This document shows positions 41,712 through 50,416 of a stretch of 58,277 bases of DNA, piece by piece. The DNA is taken from the sequence record SRR20825019_1533; one strand, given 5' to 3'. The notes under the pieces were generated by a model. The model saw nothing but the letters and a program-made list of their open reading frames with translations. It did no database searches and was not told the DNA's origin. How positions within the stretch are numbered: position 1 is the first letter of the stretch; each line of letters opens with the position of its first letter. Made by a program: the position numbers and the translations under genes.

Positions 41712-42745
41712 TGAATCCATTTCTCTAAACTTTTAACCAGTGCTGATTTAGAAAATTCATTCTGAATAATACAGTAATTTTTTTTTGCCACATTCGTGTC
41801 GATTGGTTCAAGATTGATCTGTTGTGAGTCATAGACAGTAACTCCTAAGCTTTCAAATACTTCATTGAGGGTGGACTCTTTTCTGATAAAGACCTTTTTA
41901 CCAAAACCAAGTAGCGCCAGGGTATTTCCAAAGCCTTGCTGCCTTTTATGGTTAAATATGGCAATATCAATAGTCCTTAGAAAGTTTCGATAATCTTCTA
42001 ATGACATAAACTGGTTCATTTCGATAAATTTATTTCCCAAAACCGAGCGACCATATTCTGCTATTTGTTTGGCGTTGTTCTGATCTCCATAAGAAAGCGG
42101 ACAAAAGACTTGAATATCCTGCTGTTCGTATATTTTTAACTTGTCTAAAACTTCTTTGTGATTGTTACTGGGGTTTGCTGAGTTGCCTACAAGGATTCGA
42201 AGTCCAGAATGCTCATCGCATAATTCACTTATATTTTCATCGAAAACGTTGTTTGGATAATTAAAGCAACGTATATATTGACCTTTGGAACTGTACCACT
42301 GTCTTGCTAAGGCTACATCACCGGGCGTACCTGTAACCAGATAAGCAATATTTTTTATAATGCGTCGTCTAAAAAATTCTTTTATTTTCCACTTCCGGTT
42401 TTTCTCGCCTAACTGGTAGACATAAAGATCACCACCCCAAATTATCCAATAACCTTTTTTTAAAAGCCACGGCATGAAAAACAAGAGCACTGTCACCCTT
42501 GCATTAAAGAGGCCATGCAGTATGATTTTTTGTGCAAAGTGCATTTGATAAGCCAGCTTGACATACGCCTTGATCCTTCCAAGAGTATTGTCCTCGGAAA
42601 TATATAGATCAGTTTCTTCCTCCATTCCGCAATCATGTGAAAAAGCAGAGAACCAGAAGCGATGCTCCTGTTGAGGAAATTCAGCTTTTATAAGTCTTCG
42701 GAAAGGACCTATAAGTATATTGGAACTGCAAACATGTAAAATCAA
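41708..42745 (-). CDS. TDP-Fuc4NAc transferase family (WecF/RffT, GT56)
   Basis: WIIWGGDLY, ILVGNSA..SNNH, PLSYG and NHKRQQGFGN motifs; TTG start. Confidence 0.85.
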   Translation of the reverse strand: MILHVCSSNILIGPFRRLIKAEFPQQEHRFWFSAFSHDCGMEEETDLYISEDNTLGRIKAYVKLAYQMHFAQKIILHGLFNARVTVLLFFMPWLLKKGYWIIWGGDLYVYQLGEKNRKWKIKEFFRRRIIKNIAYLVTGTPGDVALARQWYSSKGQYIRCFNYPNNVFDENISELCDEHSGLRILVGNSANPSNNHKEVLDKLKIYEQQDIQVFCPLSYGDQNNAKQIAEYGRSVLGNKFIEMNQFMSLEDYRNFLRTIDIAIFNHKRQQGFGNTLALLGFGKKVFIRKESTLNEVFESLGVTVYDSQQINLEPIDTNVAKKNYCIIQNEFSKSALVKSLEKWIQ

Positions 42746-43272
42746 AGAACTAAACCCATTAGTTGATCATAAGCTTTGGCATTGAGATATTCGCCGTTAT
42801 GTTTTCTTAACACTAAAACCTGTCTTTTAATATCTTCATTAGTTAACTAGGTCTAAATTAGAATTCGTACCTTTCAAGCAAACTTCTATTCTCGCTGTTA
42901 TCTGTTGGTTCCCAAAAAAAACAGCATCTACGCCATTTCAAACAAAGCCTTCATGACACCAATCTTTAGAGTCTTTAGCCAAGTGGTAGCAAAAACCAGT
43001 TTATTATTCAATTCTATTGCTCCCAGTAAAGGCTTCTCACGTCAATCATTCTCTGTTCCCTTGAAGCATCCAGGCTCAATGACTTTAGTAATTTTTCATA
43101 CTTCAAGTAGAAATTTAGTTCGAACCAAAAATATAATTTGGATGTTTATGGCTTTTTCAAAGGGATGAACTTGAACACGTCGTCAAAACCTAGTCCATAA
43201 TGGACCCGAAATTTACTCGGCAATATTTTTGTTAACTCAAAACTTGTATTGATGTGAGATAAAATACCTCAT
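42742..43272 (-). pseudogene. Probable degraded gene remnant
   Basis: The ~560-bp gap in a tightly packed operon has protein-like fragments broken by stops. The last fragment's TGA overlaps the TTG start of the wecF-like gene. Confidence 0.4.
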
Positions 43273-43303
43273 TATTTATGGCAAGGTAGCTGTTAACTTA
43301 ATT

Positions 43304-44449
43304 TTATTCTTGCAATGCTTTTAATAAACTCCATTGCTCTGGGACTTTCAAGTAAGGATGCATCGGCAAACTCATCACCTCTTCAGCGACTTTGTCACCA
43401 ATAGGCAGGGCTGCTTTTACATCGGCAACCGCCGGTTGTTTATTCAAAGGTATAGGGTAATGAATTGCAGTCGGTATGCCAGCCGTATTGAGCTTTTCTT
43501 GTAAAACGTCTCGGCCTTCACTTCTAATGGTGTATTGCGCCCAGACGCTGGTGTTGTGTGGCTCGATGATCGGGGTGATTACTTTGCCACGGAAATCACT
43601 GACATCCACGGAAGAAATATTATTTATATCTTTCTGTGATTTTTCGTGTTGTTCTGTGGCATTAAACAGTTCTGTATATCTTGAGGCCACTTGATTGCGG
43701 AGTTTGATTTCTTCATCGAGGATTTCCAGCTTGGGCAGTAGTATGGCCGCCTGCAAGGTATCTAAACGGCTGTTAATGCCTACTCGGATATGGTGGTAAC
43801 GTTTATCCTGGCCATGACGGGCAATTTGTCTGATGACCTTAGCCAGTTCTTCATCATTGGTGAAAACAGCACCGCCATCGCCATAGCAGCCTAACGGCTT
43901 ACTCGGGAAAAAGCTGGTGCAGCCAATGGTGCTCAGATTGCAGGATTTACGGCCTTTGTATGTCGCCCCGAAGCTCTGCGCGCCATCTTCGATGACTGCA
44001 AGATTATGTTTTTCTGCTATTGCATTAATGGCATCAAAGTCTGCACATTGTCCGTAAAGTGAGACGGCAATAATGGCTTTAGTTCTTGGGGTAATGGCGG
44101 CTTCGATGTTTTCCGGGTCGATATTGAATGTGACCGGGTCAATATCCACGTAAACGGGTTTTGCGCCAAGAACTGCTGGTGTTTCTGCTGTGGCGATATA
44201 GCTGAAGCCGGGCACGATAACTTCATCACCAAAGCCAATGCCGAGGGCCATCTGAGCGATTTGTAATGCATCCGTACCGTTGGCCACTGAAATGCAGTAT
44301 TTTGCGCCGGTGTAAGCTGCGAGCTTGTCTTCCAGTTCGTCGACTTCAGGGCCGAGGATGTATTTGCCGTGTGCAAGTACTGCCTGGATATTGGCATCGA
44401 TTTTATCTTTGATGCGGGCTTGTTGTGCGGCGAGATCGATGAATTGCAT
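43304..44449 (-). CDS. wbpE: UDP-3-keto-GlcNAcA aminotransferase (DegT family) with an in-frame repeat insertion
   Basis: MQFIDLAAQQ, NGTDALQIA, SFFPSKPLGCYGDGGA and NSRLDTLQAA motifs. Confidence 0.9.
   Translation of the reverse strand: MQFIDLAAQQARIKDKIDANIQAVLAHGKYILGPEVDELEDKLAAYTGAKYCISVANGTDALQIAQMALGIGFGDEVIVPGFSYIATAETPAVLGAKPVYVDIDPVTFNIDPENIEAAITPRTKAIIAVSLYGQCADFDAINAIAEKHNLAVIEDGAQSFGATYKGRKSCNLSTIGCTSFFPSKPLGCYGDGGAVFTNDEELAKVIRQIARHGQDKRYHHIRVGINSRLDTLQAAILLPKLEILDEEIKLRNQVASRYTELFNATEQHEKSQKDINNISSVDVSDFRGKVITPIIEPHNTSVWAQYTIRSEGRDVLQEKLNTAGIPTAIHYPIPLNKQPAVADVKAALPIGDKVAEEVMSLPMHPYLKVPEQWSLLKALQE
43585..43661. repeat. 77-bp palindromic element of the CACGGAA repeat family inside wbpE
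   Basis: TGCCACGGAA-ATCACTGAC-ATCCACGGAA ... TTCTGTG-ATTTTTCGTG-TTGTTCTGTGGCA; same arms as at 44468-45286. Confidence 0.85.
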
Positions 44450-44520
44450 GGTTATTTACTCAATTTTTTGCCACGGAAGGTCACGGAAGTACACGAAAAA
44501 ATTATTCATAAAGTAGTTTG

Positions 44521-44859
44521 TTGCCTTATGCCACGGAATCCACGGTAATGCTCGGAAATCATATTCATTGAATAAGGCTGTTTTTATTTTTTCCAACATC
44601 GTCCCTTACATACACCGGGCATTTTCTCTAACTAAAATCAAAAAAGATAACAACAAATTCTTTTCCGTGTAGGTCCGTGTTTTCAGTGGCTTGCCTTTTT
44701 TTCACGGAATCCACGGAAGCACACAGAAATTTATTCATATAAAAATTCGTTTCAATTTTCCCCAACATCAGCACAACCGTTGATTGCCCATTTCTCTAAC
44801 TATAATTAAAGGAAATAACAATATAATTATTTTCCGTGTGGTTCTGTGTTTTCCGTGGC
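44521..44859 (-). repeat. Two tandem ~170-bp hairpin units with variable 19-nt cores (candidate ncRNA array)
   Basis: Units 44521-44690 and 44691-44859 both start with TTGCCTT, have triple CACGGAA/TTCCGTG arms and share CCAACATC and TTTCTCTAACTA blocks. Confidence 0.85.
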
Positions 44860-44888
44860 TCGTATCATTTGCCAGTAAAATAAACCGC

Positions 44889-45251
44889 TCAAAAAACCAG
44901 ACGCTTAATCGTGGCTTTGGGCTGGGCGAAATTCACAAGCAGTCCGACTTTGAATCCTGTTGCTTTTAAATAATTAATCACTTGCGCTTCATATGCAGGA
45001 TGAAGTGCTTTTACAGCTTTCAACTCAATCAACACCCTGTTCTCCACGACAATATCTGCTCGAAACTCACCAACCGCCAGGCCTTTATAGGTGACTTTCA
45101 GCGGCACTTCCGATTCGGTGCCAATGCCCAACATATCAAGCTCGTGAACCAATGCTTTTTGATAGACGCTCTCCAAAAAGCCATGGCCCAATTGTCTGTA
45201 GACTTCAAATATGGCACCACGAATCTTGTAAGTTAGTTCTTCCTCTTGCAT
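44889..45251 (-). CDS. GxxExxY protein (PD-(D/E)XK nuclease superfamily)
   Basis: 120 aa with GFLESVY (GxxExxY), AD-IVVENRVLI-ELK catalytic-type motif, and AQVINYLKATG..GLLVNF. Confidence 0.93.
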   Translation of the reverse strand: MQEEELTYKIRGAIFEVYRQLGHGFLESVYQKALVHELDMLGIGTESEVPLKVTYKGLAVGEFRADIVVENRVLIELKAVKALHPAYEAQVINYLKATGFKVGLLVNFAQPKATIKRLVF

Positions 45252-45307
45252 TTAACTTCCGTGTCTTTTGTTGTCTTCCGTGGCAACTCATTTTTGGGTA
45301 ACGCCTT

Positions 45308-45886
45308 CTATGTCAATTTTGAGAGATTGCCATCACTAAGCTGATATTTATCGCCGGTGTGTGGGCAGGTTGTTTCAGCATCACCACTTAGCGGCAGGTC
45401 CAGTTGTTCGCCATATTCACTCATCCAACCGATTTGTTTGGCCGGTACGCCTACCATGAGGGCATAGGGTTTGACGTCTTTGGTGACAACGGCGCCAGCA
45501 CCGACAAAGGCAAACTCACCGATGGTCGTACCGCAGACGATGGTGCAATTTGCACCCAGAGTCGCCCCCTTTTTTACCAGCGTGTCGCGGTATTCATCTT
45601 TTCGTTCGATGAGTGAGCGGGGGTTATGCACATTGGTAAACACCATGCTCGGACCGCAGAAAACGCCTTCTTCCAGGTGAACATTGTCATAGACTGAAAC
45701 ATTGTTCTGAATTTTGCAGTTATCGCCGATGGTGACTTTGTTGCCGACGAACACATTTTGTCCCAGGGAGACGCCTCGGCCGACTTTGGCACCACTGCAA
45801 ACGTGCACCCAGTGCCAGACGCGTGAATCGTCGCCTATCTGGGCGCCTTCATCGACGATAGCGGTTTCATGTTGATAAAAGCTCAT
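45308..45886 (-). CDS. wbpD: UDP-2-acetamido-3-amino-2,3-dideoxy-glucuronate N-acetyltransferase
   Basis: [24 protein letters not shown] and [14 protein letters not shown] motifs. Confidence 0.93.
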   Translation of the reverse strand: MSFYQHETAIVDEGAQIGDDSRVWHWVHVCSGAKVGRGVSLGQNVFVGNKVTIGDNCKIQNNVSVYDNVHLEEGVFCGPSMVFTNVHNPRSLIERKDEYRDTLVKKGATLGANCTIVCGTTIGEFAFVGAGAVVTKDVKPYALMVGVPAKQIGWMSEYGEQLDLPLSGDAETTCPHTGDKYQLSDGNLSKLT

Positions 45887-46833
45887 TGCTGAACCACCTT
45901 GTGAAGCAAGGGATGGGCTGTTTCTGTTGCAGTGACTAAAGGTGCGGTTCGAATTGACTCAACGGTTTCAATAGCAACCCGGTTTTCTTCAAGACCATAA
46001 CCTTTGCCATCCAGAATCCGCTGGTAGCTCTGCGTGTGTAAGTCAGTGAAGCCCCCTGAAAATTCCAGTTCTTCACCTTCAATCGTAATGCTGCGATAGG
46101 TCAGCTTCTCGCCTTGTATGGCATTTTCCGGGAGATTGCTAGCATCGATAGATAAGAACCAGCGAACCCGGGCTTTTTCATATTCCAGATAGCCGGAACA
46201 GGTTTTTTCATCACGATAATGGACTTCATTTTTAGTGATCCTGCCAAAAATGAAATGCAACATATCGTAGAAGTGAACGCCGATATTAGTGGCGACACCG
46301 CCGGATTTGTCGCTAACCCCCTTCCAGGACTTCAGATACCATTTTCCTCTTGAGGTCATGTAGGTCAGTTCGACATCAAAGATTTTATCCGCCGGCGCCT
46401 GCTCAACCTTTTCTTTTAACGCCAGGATGGCTGGATGCAACCTAAGTTGTAATATCGAGTTAACTCTGGCGCCATATTGTTGCTGGTATTTTTCCAGCAC
46501 TTCCAGATCTGAGGAATTAAGCACCAGAGGCTTTTCACAAATCACGTCAATGCCGTTCTTCAGAGCATATTTCATGTGTGGCGCATGCAGGTAGTTGGGT
46601 GAACAAATGGCAATGTAATCCAGTTTGTTACCCTGCAGTTTTTGGTCCTCGACATAGGCTTCAAACTCTTCAAACTCAGTGAAGAATTCGGCATCAGGAA
46701 AATGACTGTCCATGATTCCCACGGAGTCATTTACATCCATGGCGACGGATAGCGTATTACCCGTTTCCTTAATCGCTTTTAGATGTCGTGGCGCTATATA
46801 TCCAGCAGCACCGATGAGGGCAAATTTTTTCAT
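45883..46833 (-). CDS. wbpB: UDP-GlcNAcA 3-dehydrogenase (Gfo/Idh/MocA family)
   Basis: [22 protein letters not shown] and [14 protein letters not shown] motifs. Confidence 0.93.
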   Translation of the reverse strand: MKKFALIGAAGYIAPRHLKAIKETGNTLSVAMDVNDSVGIMDSHFPDAEFFTEFEEFEAYVEDQKLQGNKLDYIAICSPNYLHAPHMKYALKNGIDVICEKPLVLNSSDLEVLEKYQQQYGARVNSILQLRLHPAILALKEKVEQAPADKIFDVELTYMTSRGKWYLKSWKGVSDKSGGVATNIGVHFYDMLHFIFGRITKNEVHYRDEKTCSGYLEYEKARVRWFLSIDASNLPENAIQGEKLTYRSITIEGEELEFSGGFTDLHTQSYQRILDGKGYGLEENRVAIETVESIRTAPLVTATETAHPLLHKVVQQ

Positions 46834-46842
46834 TTTTGCGGC

Positions 46843-48147
46843 CTAGGCTTTGGTGATTTTGGAATCCGGATCGAGGTATTTACCGCGAGAGTCAATGATG
46901 AGACGGGCATGGGTTTTGAGCTCGTCATAATCAAAACGGTCATGATCGGTTGCCAGGATCACGCAGTCAAATGCAGCCAGATTTTCTTTTGTCAGCGGGA
47001 CGCTCTTCAACTCAAAATGATGCTCACGCATTTTCGGGAATTTGGGGATATGCGGATCGCTGTATTGCACATCAGCGCCTAGATCTCTCAGTTTTTCCAT
47101 CAACGCAACTGATGGGGATTCACGCATATCATCGACATTCTTCTTGTAGGCAATACCCAACACCAGCACTCGGCTGCCATTGATAGATTTCTTAGCCTGA
47201 TTGAGTGCATGGGCGACTTTGCCAATAACAAAATCGGGCATGGATGAGTTGACCTCACCGGCCAGTTCGATAAAGCGGGTATGAAGACCGTACTCACGTG
47301 CTTTCCATGTCAGATAGAAAGGGTCAATAGGAATACAGTGTCCACCTAAACCCGGCCCAGGATAATAAGGCACAAAACCAAAGGGTTTGGTGGCAGCCGC
47401 ACGAATCACTTCATGGATATCCACCCCCATCTTGTCGGAAACGACTTTCATTTCATTCACCAGGCCGATATTGACGGCACGATGGATGTTTTCAAGCAGT
47501 TTAGTCATTTCAGCGGCGCGTGTTGAGCTGACGGGGACGACCTGATCAATAACCTGACCGTACAATGCCAGCCCGACTTCCAGACAGGCTTCGGTCATAC
47601 CGCCACAGACTTTAGGAATGGTGCGGGTGACAAAGTCGGGGTTACCCGGATCTTCACGTTCCGGTGAGTACACCAGAAAAATATCTTCACCGGCTTTCAG
47701 GCCACTCTTTTCCAGTCTTGGTGCCAGTTCTTCATCAGTTGTACCCGGATAGGTGGTGCTTTCGAGAGAGAAAACCTGCCCTTTTCGAAGATAAGGCACC
47801 AATGAATCTGTTGTGTCAGTAACAAAACTCAGGTCTGGCTCGCGATATTTATTCAGCGGGGTTGGAACGCAGATAATTAGAGCGTCGGCTTCTGCAGCTT
47901 CAGAGAAATCCGTAGTCGCACTGAAACCATGTTGTGTTGCATAACTGATAGTGTCAGACGAAATATGTTCAATATAGGAACGGCCTGCATTCAAGGCATC
48001 GACCTTTTCCTGATCAATATCAAAGCCTAGCACTTTGTAACCAACTTCAATATATCTCAACATCAGTGGCAGACCGACATAGCCGAGTCCGACAATCCCT
48101 ATCACAGCATCCTTGTTGTTCAGTTTGTTCAGCAGTTCATTTTTCAT
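46843..48147 (-). CDS. wbpA: UDP-GlcNAc 6-dehydrogenase
   Basis: [31 protein letters not shown] and GGHCIPIDP motifs. Confidence 0.92.
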   Translation of the reverse strand: MKNELLNKLNNKDAVIGIVGLGYVGLPLMLRYIEVGYKVLGFDIDQEKVDALNAGRSYIEHISSDTISYATQHGFSATTDFSEAAEADALIICVPTPLNKYREPDLSFVTDTTDSLVPYLRKGQVFSLESTTYPGTTDEELAPRLEKSGLKAGEDIFLVYSPEREDPGNPDFVTRTIPKVCGGMTEACLEVGLALYGQVIDQVVPVSSTRAAEMTKLLENIHRAVNIGLVNEMKVVSDKMGVDIHEVIRAAATKPFGFVPYYPGPGLGGHCIPIDPFYLTWKAREYGLHTRFIELAGEVNSSMPDFVIGKVAHALNQAKKSINGSRVLVLGIAYKKNVDDMRESPSVALMEKLRDLGADVQYSDPHIPKFPKMREHHFELKSVPLTKENLAAFDCVILATDHDRFDYDELKTHARLIIDSRGKYLDPDSKITKA

Positions 48148-48488
48148 CTTTGTTGACTTTTGTTGGTTGATTTTTGAGCTTCTTGACGTAGAAATTCGAT
48201 TTCAGATTTCAGTGATTCGTACTCTGTCATTTTTTGTTTGAGAAAACGCACCGTAACATTGCTTTTTTCTTCAATGCCCTTCGGCGTCAGTTTGTACACA
48301 TAGGCCATTTTGTTTTTGCTGTTACGGAAGTTACCGGCTTTCAGAAGACCTTTCTCAATCAGAGCTTTAAGACAGTAATTGGCTTTGCCCAGACTGATAC
48401 CGAGCTCACGGGCAAGCTCTCTCTGGCTGATCTCAGGATGAGCTTCAACCAGTTTGAATATTTTATAGCGGTATTCGTCAGTCAGCAT
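48144..48488 (-). CDS. MarR family EPS-associated transcriptional regulator
   Basis: [26 protein letters not shown] wHTH and [13 protein letters not shown]; its stop overlaps the wbpA start. Confidence 0.92.
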   Translation of the reverse strand: MLTDEYRYKIFKLVEAHPEISQRELARELGISLGKANYCLKALIEKGLLKAGNFRNSKNKMAYVYKLTPKGIEEKSNVTVRFLKQKMTEYESLKSEIEFLRQEAQKSTNKSQQR

Positions 48489-48504
48489 GAGCGAGGCAAC
48501 TAGC

Positions 48505-48548
48505 GTTCAATGATTGAACACTGTATGCAAATAAAGGCGAAAAGTAAA
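48505..48548 (-). promoter_or_regulatory. Sigma70 promoter with palindromic operator upstream of the MarR-EPS gene
   Basis: Minus strand TTTACT-N17-TACAGT, immediately followed by the dyad GTTCAA-N3-TTGAAC (48505-48519). Confidence 0.65.
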
Positions 48549-48613
48549 TGCTTTGGAAGTATTAAGTGTTGTAGAAGCAGTCAGAACATGACGCTCATAG
48601 AAGTGAGGCTTAT

Positions 48614-48690
48614 GGCATGGATGCCTAACAACACAATCGTCCCACCATCCTTGGAAGTGACTTTTGTATGGTTACTCTGGCATCCATGCC
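48614..48690. repeat. 12-bp inverted repeat element
   Basis: GGCATGGATGCC (48614-48625) / GGCATCCATGCC (48679-48690) with a 53-nt spacer. Confidence 0.7.
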
Positions 48691-48950
48691 GAGAATTAAA
48701 GTAGCAATTTCTTAGTCAGCAACCAATGGGGGATTTTCCTCTTTTGTGATGAAGTCGAGGTTTTAAGGTTTTTCGTTTGGATGTGCTCCTTCGGCAAGCT
48801 CAGGGTGACTGGAAAATGGAAGCATTGGTTTGAATCATTAGATCACGCTATGTCCAACGGTCAAAGGCAGCTTCAAAACGGCTTCGCGTCATGCCCTGTG
48901 ACTTGGAAACCAGATTGCTTCGCTGCGCTCGCAATGACAAGAGTATGGGG

Positions 48951-50321
48951 TCAGTCCTGGCCGAAAAGATCTCTTGTGTAGACTTTTTCCCGGATATCTA
49001 CGATGTCATCAGTTACTCTGTTAGCCAGCACGACATCGGCTTTTCGTTTAAATTCGTCCAGGTCTTTTATGACTGCTGAGCGGAAGAAAGTATCTTCTTC
49101 GAGTACAGGTTCGTAGACTACGACCTCAATACCCTTAGCTTTGATACGCTTCATTACACCCTGTATCGCGGAAGCACGAAAGTTATCAGATCCTGATTTC
49201 ATTACCAGTCGATAGATCCCCACTACCTTTGGATTTCTTTTGATGATGGAGTCAGCAATGAATTCTTTACGGGTTGTATTGGCGTCGACAATTGCTTTGA
49301 TCAGATTGTTGGGTACATTCTGATAATTAGCAAGTAGTTGTCGGGTATCTTTGGGAAGGCAATAACCACCATATCCAAAGGATGGATTGTTGTAATGACT
49401 CCCGATTCTGGAGTCTAACCCTACCCCTTCAATGATCTGACGGGTATCAAGACCATGCGTTTCAGCATAGCTGTCCAACTCATTGAAATAGGCCACCCGC
49501 ATGGCAAGATAAGTGTTCGAAAACAGTTTGATTGCCTCAGCTTCTGTAGGACCGGTATAAAGAACTGGGATATCAGTTTTGATGGCACCCTGAGTCAATA
49601 AAGCAGCAAAAGCCTTAGCTTCAGGACTGCGTTCCCCAACTACAATTCTTGAAGGGTAAAGATTGTCATAAAGCGCTTTACCTTCCCTCAGAAACTCCGG
49701 AGAAAAAATGATACTGGGCTGTTTTTCCACGAAGTTTTGTCTATGAGTTTCGTTTAATTCGAGCTCGCAGATAGTTTGCTGGAGTTGCGTCGATAAATGC
49801 CAGACTTGGTTGCCGGGTGATGGCTTTTTCTGACCGCGTTCATCACCAATCATCACTCTGGATTGAACCTTGTTTTGAACACCATCAGACAACTGCCGGC
49901 TCAAACCGCGAACAAAATGCCTTGCGCTGTATTTTTGTTTGACAGACTCAGTGTAACCAACTGGCACTGTTGACTTAATAATCATTGTTGCGCCCGGGTT
50001 GATACTTAGAACATCTTCAATGACCGTCTCAACATTCTGGGTATTGAAGTAATTCGTATCCGGGTCGTAATCAGTAGGGGTTGCAATAATCACAAACTCA
50101 GCATCTCGATAGGCCTGATGCTTGTCCAGAGTTGCTCTAAGCCTGAGAGATTTATTGGCAAGAAAGTCGCTTATCTCGACATCGCTGATGGGGGATTTTC
50201 GAGCATTAATCAGATCAACTTTACGTACATCAATGTCCAGTGCTGTCACTTCGTTATTTTGTGCCAGCAGCACTGCCAGTGACAAACCGACGTATCCAGT
50301 TCCGGCAACGGTAATTTTCAC
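48951..50321 (-). CDS. ugd: UDP-glucose 6-dehydrogenase with a ~68-aa in-frame insertion
   Basis: [30 protein letters not shown] and [10 protein letters not shown] motifs. GTG start at 50321. Confidence 0.93.
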   Translation of the reverse strand: MKITVAGTGYVGLSLAVLLAQNNEVTALDIDVRKVDLINARKSPISDVEISDFLANKSLRLRATLDKHQAYRDAEFVIIATPTDYDPDTNYFNTQNVETVIEDVLSINPGATMIIKSTVPVGYTESVKQKYSARHFVRGLSRQLSDGVQNKVQSRVMIGDERGQKKPSPGNQVWHLSTQLQQTICELELNETHRQNFVEKQPSIIFSPEFLREGKALYDNLYPSRIVVGERSPEAKAFAALLTQGAIKTDIPVLYTGPTEAEAIKLFSNTYLAMRVAYFNELDSYAETHGLDTRQIIEGVGLDSRIGSHYNNPSFGYGGYCLPKDTRQLLANYQNVPNNLIKAIVDANTTRKEFIADSIIKRNPKVVGIYRLVMKSGSDNFRASAIQGVMKRIKAKGIEVVVYEPVLEEDTFFRSAVIKDLDEFKRKADVVLANRVTDDIVDIREKVYTRDLFGQD

Positions 50322-50416
50322 TTTACGTTTCCCGTATTGTGGAAAACTAAAGTGTCGCAAGTCAGCTTTGCATTAAGGTGACAGTTTTATGAAGTTTTTT
50401 TGAAACTGTACTCGCT

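Larger units (their letters stand above)
44468..45286. mobile_element. Putative GxxExxY cassette bounded by inverted repeats
   Basis: 12-bp perfect terminal IR TTGCCACGGAAG (44468-44479) / CTTCCGTGGCAA (45275-45286) enclosing the GxxExxY gene and two repeat units, between wbpD and wbpE. Confidence 0.6.

Noticed and set aside
42905-43168. 87-aa plus-strand ORF in the wbpE-wecF gap
   Set aside because: It runs opposite to the operon with no recognisable motif, and is more likely the shadow of the decayed minus-strand gene.
44468-44859. CRISPR array interpretation of the CACGGAA repeats
   Set aside because: The repeats are degenerate, occur in both orientations, form ~170-bp units, and have no cas genes nearby; this is not CRISPR geometry.
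44306-45363. 7-8 nt matches between the 19-nt variable cores and nearby wbpE/wbpD sequence (CCGGTGTA, CCGGTGT, GGCAATC)
   Set aside because: Too short to exceed chance. I found no convincing full-length target by eye, and the search was not exhaustive.
48510-48981. Short plus-strand ORFs in the MarR-ugd intergenic region
   Set aside because: They are translations of promoter and repeat relics with no protein-like features.
49713-49928. Intein in Ugd
   Set aside because: Too short and lacks the C-terminal His-Asn plus nucleophile splice junction.
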